Shown here in pieces: positions 55,318 through 62,875 of a stretch of DNA of 64,000 bases. The notes below the pieces were generated by a model. It was not told the DNA's origin. It saw only the letters and a program-made list of their open reading frames with translations, and made no database searches. The translations under genes and the position numbers were made by a program. How positions within the stretch are numbered: position 1 is the stretch's first letter; each line of letters starts with the position of its first letter. Source of the stretch: a virus (taxonomy: Duplodnaviria; Caudoviricetes); IMG/VR virus record IMGVR_UViG_3300029288_000153, positions 10,002 to 74,001 of that record; one strand, given 5' to 3'.

Positions 55318-55698
55318 TCACCCATCCTTTTTGGCATGCATCACTGCAATTTGCCGAGAGTCCGAATCGCTGAAGTCAGCATCCTGCAGGTCAGCGCCAC
55401 GGAGGTCGGCGTCCCGCAGGTTGGACTCGGTGAAGTCCACGCCACACAGGCTCGCGCAGCTGAAGTCGGCGTCCCGCAGGTCAGCGCCGCGGAGGTCCAC
55501 GCCACGCAGGCTTGCATGACGGAGGTCAGCGACCCGCAGGTCAGTGTAGCTGAGGTCAGCGTAGCTGAAGTCCAGGCCCCGCAGGTCAGCGCCGCGGAGG
55601 CACTCACCTGACCAATTCAGTGGTTGTCCCGTGTCGTGATTCTCCAGCCAGAGCTGATGTGCATCGTACTCGATTTGATGTTTCACTGAGAGTTTCAT
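55318..55698 (-). CDS. pentapeptide repeat protein
   Basis: Repeats such as LRGAD LRGLD FSYAD LSYTD LRVAD; GGAGG RBS. Confidence 0.9.
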   Translation of the reverse strand: MKLSVKHQIEYDAHQLWLENHDTGQPLNWSGECLRGADLRGLDFSYADLSYTDLRVADLRHASLRGVDLRGADLRDADFSCASLCGVDFTESNLRDADLRGADLQDADFSDSDSRQIAVMHAKKDG

Positions 55699-55713
55699 GT
55701 GATGCCCTCCTGT

Positions 55714-55790
55714 TGGGCCCTATTGCCCACAGGGTGTGTCGACTCACCGTCGACACGTCCTGTAGGCGCCTTACTCCTGCTCCGCGCCCG
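55714..55790 (-). repeat. structured intergenic element, copy D
   Basis: Core at 55758-55768. Confidence 0.9.
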
Positions 55791-55792
55791 GA

Positions 55793-56191
55793 TTAGGTGA
55801 CAATCGATGGCGGAGGCAATCCTCGGCGATAGTCGCCTAGGTAGTTATACTCCGAGTCGTAAGCGCACCACATTGGGGCGCCCAAGAAGGAATAATCTCC
55901 CGCCCATCGCTCCCACGCAGCGGCCCGGACAGACTCCCGCGTCAGGGCGTCTGCGGGTCGGACGCGACCATGCAGACACTCCATGCCCGCTGCGCCACAT
56001 ATGGCGCATCGTTTATACTGCGCGTGACACTCCGCAGTATGCCCTGGCGCCACTGGCCGATATGCGTTTCGCGGGTCTCCTGTACACCCTGGACACCTGC
56101 CCGCGAACGTGAGCCAGCGGCGATGGGCCGGCTCCGCCGCCTGTAGCTCTGCCCCCAACGCGTCGTCGATCGGGTGTGCGTATTCCACCAT
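55793..56191 (-). CDS. hypothetical Cys-rich protein (array cassette)
   Basis: CPGC, HxxxC, CAIC, ECLH; GAGGAG RBS. Confidence 0.7.
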   Translation of the reverse strand: MVEYAHPIDDALGAELQAAEPAHRRWLTFAGRCPGCTGDPRNAYRPVAPGHTAECHAQYKRCAICGAAGMECLHGRVRPADALTRESVRAAAWERWAGDYSFLGAPMWCAYDSEYNYLGDYRRGLPPPSIVT

Positions 56192-56204
56192 ATTGTCTCC
56201 TCAT

Positions 56205-56272
56205 CGGGCTCCACTGCCCGCGGGGAGGCTCGATCGTCGAGCCGTCCCGTAGGCGGGCGCGCGAGGCGCCCG
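56205..56272 (-). repeat. structured intergenic element, copy C (compensatory variant)
   Basis: Core CGCCTACGGGA at 56245-56255. Confidence 0.85.
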
Positions 56273-56285
56273 GGGGATCAGTCTC

Positions 56286-56528
56286 CTATCGGGCTCTCGT
56301 AGCCTGGATAGCCTGCATGATCTCCATAGATCCTCCATCTGCGTGGAGAAATGCTAGGCGATAGAGCGCCTCTTTTCCACCATCCTGGAGGATGATCACG
56401 TAGTTTTTGCGTTTCACGGCGTCATGGTCCCGCCAATCTGGCGTGCGCCCCTCAAGCCGCTGCACATCCTCGATGCGCGCGAGCCGTTTGATTAAGACCG
56501 TGCCCCCGGACCGTTCGTAGATCGCCAT
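56286..56528 (-). CDS. hypothetical protein (array cassette)
   Basis: GAGGAG RBS, 80 aa. Confidence 0.7.
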   Translation of the reverse strand: MAIYERSGGTVLIKRLARIEDVQRLEGRTPDWRDHDAVKRKNYVIILQDGGKEALYRLAFLHADGGSMEIMQAIQATRAR

Positions 56529-56542
56529 ATTGTGCTCCTCGT

Positions 56543-56614
56543 CGGGCCCTTTTGCCCGCAGGAATCTGTCACCGTCAGTGACCGACTCCTGTAGGCGCCC
56601 CTCCGCAGAGGGGC
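56543..56614 (-). repeat. structured intergenic element, copy B
   Basis: Core at 56587-56597. Confidence 0.9.
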
Positions 56615-56620
56615 GGGGGG

Positions 56621-56896
56621 CTAGTCCGCGACCGGTCTACCGCCGGGTGTGATGATGCCAGCGGCACGGAGATCGGAGAGGACGGCGGCGGAGAGATCAC
56701 GGTCGAAGGGGGACCCAAAATTGTCAGCCGTGAACCAATGCCGGCGAAGCGCAGGACAATCATCGTCATCACAACCGTAACCGCATGAGCATCCGGGATC
56801 GGTGTAGTCTACCAACTCGGCTCCGTGTTGTTGTGCGATCAGAGCGGCCCGCCTGCCAAGATGGCCACGCCCTGAACCAAACAGAAATTCTGACAT
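56621..56896 (-). CDS. hypothetical protein with CxCxxxC..C..HW cluster (array cassette)
   Basis: AAAGGA RBS, 91 aa. Confidence 0.7.
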   Translation of the reverse strand: MSEFLFGSGRGHLGRRAALIAQQHGAELVDYTDPGCSCGYGCDDDDCPALRRHWFTADNFGSPFDRDLSAAVLSDLRAAGIITPGGRPVAD

Positions 56897-56909
56897 AATG
56901 TCCTTTCAT

Positions 56910-56980
56910 CGGGCCCTTTTGCCCGCAGGGTGTGTCGACTCACCGTCAACACGTCCTGTAGGCGCCCCTCTGGAGAGGGG
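56910..56980 (-). repeat. structured intergenic element, copy A
   Basis: Core at 56954-56964. Confidence 0.9.
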
Positions 56981-56985
56981 TACAA

Positions 56986-57189
56986 TCAGTTTTTGGCGGC
57001 GGCTCGCTTCATAGTGTAGCGAACCAGCAAGGGGATGTCAAGACAGAAGATCGATAGGATCCATATATAGCCGATATATCTCAAGGCGGTTACGTCAGTG
57101 AATGCGACCAACAAGCCCGCCAGGGCAAGCTCGACTCCGACGATAATCAGATGCGACAACCTAGGAATACTGTTTAGTTTTGGAAGCAT
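56986..57189 (-). CDS. small two-TM membrane protein (first gene of the array)
   Basis: Two hydrophobic helices. Confidence 0.6.
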   Translation of the reverse strand: MLPKLNSIPRLSHLIIVGVELALAGLLVAFTDVTALRYIGYIWILSIFCLDIPLLVRYTMKRAAAKN

Positions 57190-57228
57190 GGAGGGGTCCT
57201 ATTAGAGGTGAGTGTGTCGTACAGGCAA

Positions 57229-57257
57229 ACTATAACACAGCCGGTCTAGGATGTCAA
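57229..57257 (-). promoter_or_regulatory. sigma70 promoter TTGACA-17-TATAGT (extended -10) driving the array
   Basis: Hexamers read directly. Confidence 0.85.
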
Positions 57258-57273
57258 AGGGTAATCTATTAAT

Positions 57274-58149
57274 ATGTCTGACATCATCTGCCAACTAGAT
57301 TTCGGCGAAGTCAAGAGCATCGCCAAGGACCTCGTAGCACTAGATGCCGAGGTACGCAAGAGGGCGGGGGATTTGGCCTCGCAGGCTCACCTACATTTAC
57401 TAGAGCTAGCTCAACAAAACCTACATACCACCCGACAGACCTACGTGGACGCTCTACGGTCGGTTGAGGAGGTGTCCCCTGGGGTGTTCGTGATCGTGTT
57501 AGATAAGTCCGCGCTGTGGATCGAAGACGGCATGGAAACCCATGAAATGATTGACGATTTACTTAAGAATAACGCCAAAACATCTAAGTCCGGGTCGCGC
57601 TATAAGGTGATTCCGTTTGATATTGGTCGGGGCGGGGCCAGCCAGTCACCCGGGCAAAACGCATTAAACCAAGCCTTGCGCGCAGAACTAAAGAAACGGG
57701 GGATAAAATACAAAGGAATCGAGCGCAACCCCGATGGGTCCCCCAAAATAGGCCTGCTACATAGTTTCAATATTTCCCGCACTCCGATTCGTCCGGCTGG
57801 TACCGCCGGTAAGCCTGGGTGGGGAAAAGGGGCAGTTGGAGACGTGATGGCAGGACCGGCGAACCCAGGAGAGTTGTCTGGAATTCCGCTGTTGCACGGC
57901 GTGCGCATCTATCAACATGCCCTACAAAAACCGACTGGCGAGCCTGAATTCAATAAACAAGGGCACCAAAAGGCGACGCGCAACATCACCACCTTTCGTG
58001 TCGTGTCGTCGACCCAGAAGGGTACGGGCAAGTGGGTGCATCCTGGACTGACACCTCGACTGTTTTTTGAAAAAACAGAAACCTGGGTCGAGAACCAATG
58101 GGAACAGCACGTGCTTCCTGATATTTTATCTCGTCTGACCCGAGATTAG
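57274..58149 (+). CDS. putative neck/tail-completion protein (HK97 gp10-like)
   Basis: TRQTYVDAL..LDKSALWIEDG..RYKVIPF..FRVVS..WVHPG; TAATCTA at 57262-57268. Confidence 0.55.
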   Translation: MSDIICQLDFGEVKSIAKDLVALDAEVRKRAGDLASQAHLHLLELAQQNLHTTRQTYVDALRSVEEVSPGVFVIVLDKSALWIEDGMETHEMIDDLLKNNAKTSKSGSRYKVIPFDIGRGGASQSPGQNALNQALRAELKKRGIKYKGIERNPDGSPKIGLLHSFNISRTPIRPAGTAGKPGWGKGAVGDVMAGPANPGELSGIPLLHGVRIYQHALQKPTGEPEFNKQGHQKATRNITTFRVVSSTQKGTGKWVHPGLTPRLFFEKTETWVENQWEQHVLPDILSRLTRD

Positions 58150-58352
58150 TCTCGCTCAACCGGTAAGAAGCGCACATAGAACCGCTGTCGTGACTGCGAC
58201 AATAACCAGATAAGGTACCCGTCGATCGTTATGGGGTCGCTTGATTCGGAAATTATTTCGGCGGTATGGCAGAGACGATATCTCGATTTCGGGATAAGGA
58301 AGTATTGGGAACATAGAGGTCTCTTGTGTGGTTAATGAACATCCTCGTCTAG

Positions 58353-58380
58353 ACTATAACATACCTAACTAGAATGTCAA
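58353..58380 (-). promoter_or_regulatory. sigma70-type promoter TTGACA-16-TATAGT
   Basis: Hexamers read directly; a possible ~52-aa membrane ORF lies downstream, near 58160-58320. Confidence 0.6.
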
Positions 58381-58401
58381 GCGTAATCTAGCTATCAGCA
58401 C

Positions 58402-59760
58402 ATGGAAACGTCTATATCGCCGCTACAAGCCCCCGACTCTGCCGGGTCTTCTGTCGATCCAGGGAGTCGCGATGTCGATGCGTCGACCGCTGCCCAGCAG
58501 ATTATTGCGTCGGCCGTGGATGCCTATTACGGTATCTTACTCGATTTGCGGAAGCGTGAGACCCAGCATCTAATAAGCAAAAATCGACTGCGTAGAGACA
58601 TTTCGGCTCAGCAAGATACCACTCCATCTAACCCCCACTCAGGAAATATTGGAGTTGATAGCGCAACACGGAAGGCGGAGAAACCAATGAAACTCCATGA
58701 GCTGCTGAAGTCCCAGGGTACCAAGCTACCGACGACCAAAAAGGCCGAGTTCCCTACTACCAATCGGTTTAGCCGGAAATTGGCGGGTATCCGAGAGCAG
58801 GGGCAGAAGGACAGCACTTCGTCGCCGCAGAATGTCACCGGTATGATCTCTAAGTCGATCTTTAAGCGTATGGCCGACATGAGCAAGCAGGAGTTTTTTA
58901 TTGACCTAAAGACCCCCTCTGACTCTCAGAAGAGACTTAAAGAGGTTCACCCCGTCCGGGAGGCCAAGGTGCCGTTTGGTGATTTTACGTCCAAGGCGAT
59001 TGAGTGCTCGGCTTGTGGAGGTAAGATTACAGAGAACCAGCCTAAGCCGATCAAGAGCCAGAGCGCAGACGAAAACAGTATAGTAGAGGGCAGTGTTGGA
59101 GTTACCGACAGCAAAAACGACCTCATCGCCAAGGCGGCTCTCTTGTATCACGCCAAGAAGGCGCAAGAGAAATACGACAAGGCCAAGCCGGGCTCGGTGG
59201 AGTATAGTTTATTTGAAGAGAGCGCCCCCAAGGTATTACATCCCGACGACAAAAAAAATCAATCTCCAAAAAAGAAAATCGCCAAGGCGGCTGCGGCGAT
59301 GTCGGCCCCTAAGGCCCCTACGGCCCCCGGGATGGGAAGCCCTAAGTTGAGTGGTGGGGCCCCGACCAAACCTCCGACCTCCACCGCCACGGCCAACACC
59401 ACCGCCAACACGATAGGGAAGGCAGAGGAATCCCCCGAGGCCTCAAAGTGTAAGCAATGTGGACGCGTAGGCAAGAAGATAGTAACCAAAGCTATCCTCC
59501 CTTTTTCCGAGCAAAAAGGCGCCCAGGCGGCGGCGATGGGGGTCCCTCAGGGTTCTCAATCTGAGCAGCGAGCTGTCCCGCATGATCCTAGTGATTACGA
59601 CCCTGACCTGTATCGACCTACCGGCCCCGTCAAGTCTGGGCTGCTCACCCAAGAGGAGTTCAACCAAGCTGGGGCTACCATGCCTGGGCTAGGGGTCACA
59701 CCTCGGCCTGCTCAGCCAATTCGCAGCCCGGCTGTCCATCGCAATGTTCGGTATAAGTAA
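58402..59760 (+). CDS. low-complexity putative internal head/scaffold-like protein with multiple [LIV]xK[SA] motifs
   Basis: LLKS, ISKS, IAKA (x2), IGKA, VTKA; CSAC, CKQC; TAATCTA at 58384-58390. Confidence 0.6.
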   Translation: METSISPLQAPDSAGSSVDPGSRDVDASTAAQQIIASAVDAYYGILLDLRKRETQHLISKNRLRRDISAQQDTTPSNPHSGNIGVDSATRKAEKPMKLHELLKSQGTKLPTTKKAEFPTTNRFSRKLAGIREQGQKDSTSSPQNVTGMISKSIFKRMADMSKQEFFIDLKTPSDSQKRLKEVHPVREAKVPFGDFTSKAIECSACGGKITENQPKPIKSQSADENSIVEGSVGVTDSKNDLIAKAALLYHAKKAQEKYDKAKPGSVEYSLFEESAPKVLHPDDKKNQSPKKKIAKAAAAMSAPKAPTAPGMGSPKLSGGAPTKPPTSTATANTTANTIGKAEESPEASKCKQCGRVGKKIVTKAILPFSEQKGAQAAAMGVPQGSQSEQRAVPHDPSDYDPDLYRPTGPVKSGLLTQEEFNQAGATMPGLGVTPRPAQPIRSPAVHRNVRYK

Positions 59761-59843
59761 CGGTCCTAATCTAACAGAAGACGCACCGAGGCGTATATAA
59801 TGGCCTGCTCACGGCTAGATAATAATGAGACAGGAGATAAGAA

Positions 59844-62279
59844 ATGACAATCCAATATGTCGATCAGGACGGAACACTCGTCATCCCCGGTGGATACGCT
59901 AAATGGAGTGTATCGCCATCTAATAACGGGCTGGCGACTCGGGGCGTGGTGTGTCTGGTTGGTGAGGCCGCAATGGGCAACTCCTACTCTGAAGAGGAGA
60001 GCGGACTAGGTGGTGCGTCGTTTGGTCCCGGGCAGTTCAAGTCCGTGGCCCTCCAGTACGGGTCCGGTCCTTTGGTAGATGCGTTTCGGGTGGCCTGCAA
60101 CCCCTCTAGGGATCCTGCTATTCGCGGAGCCCCCACCAGGATCATTTGCGTAAAGACCAATACTGGCACAAAAGCTACCGGTACGTTTACGGGCGCCTAT
60201 GCGGTGGCTAGGGCCAAGTCGGCGGGTGCCTGGGGCAATCTAATCAGCTGTCAGGTTACTGCCGCTGTCGCCGAGGTGGTTCCGTCGATTACGTCTGGAT
60301 TTATCTATTTGGATGACACTGAATCAATCTCCTTGGCGGCCAATGGTGGTACCGCGGTGGTGTTGGATGTGACCGGCATCACCCCGGCGGCGTTTGTAAC
60401 CGACAACGCAGCCGCGCTCGCGGCGGAAGATATTGCCCTTACGGGCGGAGTTAAGAGCCAGCCAGCACTTGGGCTGGTCATGGTGACAGCTGGGGTGGTG
60501 GCTGTCGGCAATGTGATTACTATTTCATTGACCGGAGGCACCTGGTCGTCTCAGCCAGCTACTGGCGCGATCTTGGAGATTGCCGACACGTCACCGATTA
60601 CTGGTGGTAGTAATCAGAACTCGGGGCAGTACATCGTGACTTCGTCTAGCACCACCGGATTGGTGGCCACTAAGATTATCGACCTGGACGGCGCCACCCT
60701 GACCCCTCCCGTAACGATCGCTCCTGGGGCGACTGCTGACGTGGGCCTTCTCGATGCCTATTCGCAGCTAGTGTTCACCAATGCTGCCGCCGATGTGCCT
60801 GGCCTAGGTCGAACATTGACGCTATACCGAGATGGTACTTCGGCTAGTGCCCATTTGTTCCAGTCTGCCACGCCGGTTACCGCCAGTCAATTTATTACTT
60901 CCACCACCGAGGCGGCTAGGAATATTCTGGTCAACCGCAGCGTGGATTCGCTGTCTGAGTCTTTCCGAGTCGGCGGCAATATTGTTATGTCGATTGGGCG
61001 GGTAGGGGTGTCGGCCATTCCGGTTGTCGTAGGCGCGGTTGATATCAACTTCAACAGCTCGGAATTTGTCATCGTCAAGACCGACCTCGCCACCTTAGGT
61101 GACCTGGCGGCCAGGATCAACGCGCAGCCCAACTGGTACGCGACCGTTCCCGCCGCATTCCGATCTTTGCCTCTTAGTGTTTTGGATCAGGGAACATTTG
61201 ATGCTCGTCAAAATGGCGTCGTATCTACCGGCCCGGCACGAGTTAAGAAAGACGCCTACGACGTAGCCGCCAAGCTGGCGACCTCGCGGGGTATCGAGTT
61301 AGTCACCGCCCCCACGGCGGGCATGCCGGCGGTACAGGCTACGTTTTTCTTGGCGGGCGGCGCAAAAGGGGCAACCACTGACCTAGCCGTTGCGGCTGCC
61401 TTGGAAGCCGCTGGACAGACTCGTTGTAACTTTGTTGTGCCTTTGTTTGCTAGGGATGCGACTAGCGATATTGCTGATGGACTCACTGACGCGGCGTCCA
61501 CATATACGATCGATGGTATCAACTCTTATGTGTCCGAGCACGTCACCGCCTATAGCAAATTTAAAAAGAGGCGACCACGTCAAGGTTTCTGCTCCAAAAA
61601 GACCACCTTTGCCTTAGCCCAAACCGCTGCTCAGACTTTGGCTAATCCTCGGTTGTTGATGGGGTTCCAGGATGTCGTAGCTCTCGGCGCCAATGGGACT
61701 CAGTGGTTCCAGCCTTGGATGGGGTCGGTGGTGGCGGCGGGCATGCAGGCGGCCGGATTTTACCAGCCAGTTTTCAACAAGGCGATTGCGATCACCGGCG
61801 TGACTCAGGCGGCTGGAGATTTTGATTGCCAAGATGACGATCAGGTCGAAGTTGCCCTGTCGGCTGGCCTGAGCGTAATCCGCGAACGTGATGGAGGTGG
61901 GTTTGCTTTTGTCTCTGACCAGACCACCTACACGGTCGACGGTAATTTCGTCTATAATTCTGTACAGGCACAGTATATCAGCGACCTGATCTCCCAGACG
62001 GTCGCTCAGAGGATGGAGTTAGCTTTTGTGGGGCGAAGCTTCGCTGACGTGTCAGCGTCGGCCGCCTTGTCATACCTGAAAGGCATCATGGCCGATCTGA
62101 AGCGACTCAAACTCATCACAAGCAGTGACGATGCGGTGGAAGGGTACCGCAATGCGGTCATCACCATCTCGCCGCCGGCTATGAGGGTCAGTGCCGAGGT
62201 GAAGATCGCGTCGGGGTTGTACTTCTGTGTCGTAGATTTTTTGATGTCGGAAACCACGCAGGTTGCGTCGCAAGGGTAA
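59844..62279 (+). CDS. contractile tail sheath protein
   Basis: IPGGY..GVVCLVGEA..G..YGSGPLVDA; C-terminal VQAQYISD..FVG..S..L..L..ITSS..GY..VI; precedes the tube gene. Confidence 0.88.
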   Translation: MTIQYVDQDGTLVIPGGYAKWSVSPSNNGLATRGVVCLVGEAAMGNSYSEEESGLGGASFGPGQFKSVALQYGSGPLVDAFRVACNPSRDPAIRGAPTRIICVKTNTGTKATGTFTGAYAVARAKSAGAWGNLISCQVTAAVAEVVPSITSGFIYLDDTESISLAANGGTAVVLDVTGITPAAFVTDNAAALAAEDIALTGGVKSQPALGLVMVTAGVVAVGNVITISLTGGTWSSQPATGAILEIADTSPITGGSNQNSGQYIVTSSSTTGLVATKIIDLDGATLTPPVTIAPGATADVGLLDAYSQLVFTNAAADVPGLGRTLTLYRDGTSASAHLFQSATPVTASQFITSTTEAARNILVNRSVDSLSESFRVGGNIVMSIGRVGVSAIPVVVGAVDINFNSSEFVIVKTDLATLGDLAARINAQPNWYATVPAAFRSLPLSVLDQGTFDARQNGVVSTGPARVKKDAYDVAAKLATSRGIELVTAPTAGMPAVQATFFLAGGAKGATTDLAVAAALEAAGQTRCNFVVPLFARDATSDIADGLTDAASTYTIDGINSYVSEHVTAYSKFKKRRPRQGFCSKKTTFALAQTAAQTLANPRLLMGFQDVVALGANGTQWFQPWMGSVVAAGMQAAGFYQPVFNKAIAITGVTQAAGDFDCQDDDQVEVALSAGLSVIRERDGGGFAFVSDQTTYTVDGNFVYNSVQAQYISDLISQTVAQRMELAFVGRSFADVSASAALSYLKGIMADLKRLKLITSSDDAVEGYRNAVITISPPAMRVSAEVKIASGLYFCVVDFLMSETTQVASQG

Positions 62280-62312
62280 TGGCCCCCTAGAGGACAAGAA
62301 GGAGATTTAACT

Positions 62313-62807
62313 ATGGCAGTCTCAAAAACTATGCATGGCGCCCGAGCCATCATTTGGGCGGGTAGCACTCCACTAGGGATCTTTAACCAATGCTCGTACG
62401 GGCGAAATTACGACATCACCCCCGTCTATCTAATTGGTCGGGTCACCGCTGCTGAGTTGGTCTACACGGGCGCTGAGGTGATCACTGTTTCCTGCTCGGG
62501 GTTCCGGGTCATGGGGCATGGTCCGTTTGCGAGTGTTGATCCTACAGGTAATGGGCTAGTTCCAAAGTTGCAGAATATCCTAAACACCGAAGATATCACA
62601 CTTAGCCTACATGATCGTCTTGAGCCTGATCCCGACAAGGGGACTATCATGGTTCTGACTAACGTCAAGGCTCAGGGATTCCAATCGTCGGTGTCGGCGA
62701 GATCGATTCAGGATTTGGCACTCACCTTTATGGGCATCCATCTTTCTGATGAGTCAGGGGCGCAGGAAGAGGCGCCGGGTGCGGTCGATTTGCCGGCAAC
62801 GGAATAA
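62313..62807 (+). CDS. tail tube protein
   Basis: SKTMHGARA..LGIFNQCSYG..PVYLIGR..ELVYTG..SCSGFRV; follows the sheath gene. Confidence 0.8.
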   Translation: MAVSKTMHGARAIIWAGSTPLGIFNQCSYGRNYDITPVYLIGRVTAAELVYTGAEVITVSCSGFRVMGHGPFASVDPTGNGLVPKLQNILNTEDITLSLHDRLEPDPDKGTIMVLTNVKAQGFQSSVSARSIQDLALTFMGIHLSDESGAQEEAPGAVDLPATE

Positions 62808-62875
62808 TCCGGCTTCTTAGGATCCAAAACAAACACGTACAACGATAAATCCCGATCTGGGTGAGTGGAGATACA

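Noticed and set aside
56880-56915. CCGAUGA/CCGACGA after P4 as a hammerhead CUGAnGA core
   Set aside because: No conserved stem II-GAAA or NUH site across copies; the GA is explained by the RBS, and copy D lacks it.
54493-56964. GCCUAC core as the 3-prime end of a fluoride riboswitch, or as a twister cleavage site
   Set aside because: The other conserved nucleotides and the pairing topology of those motifs are absent.
54462-56980. Intergenic repeats as a CRISPR array
   Set aside because: The intervals are 270-740 bp and contain whole genes with RBSs; no cas genes are in the window.
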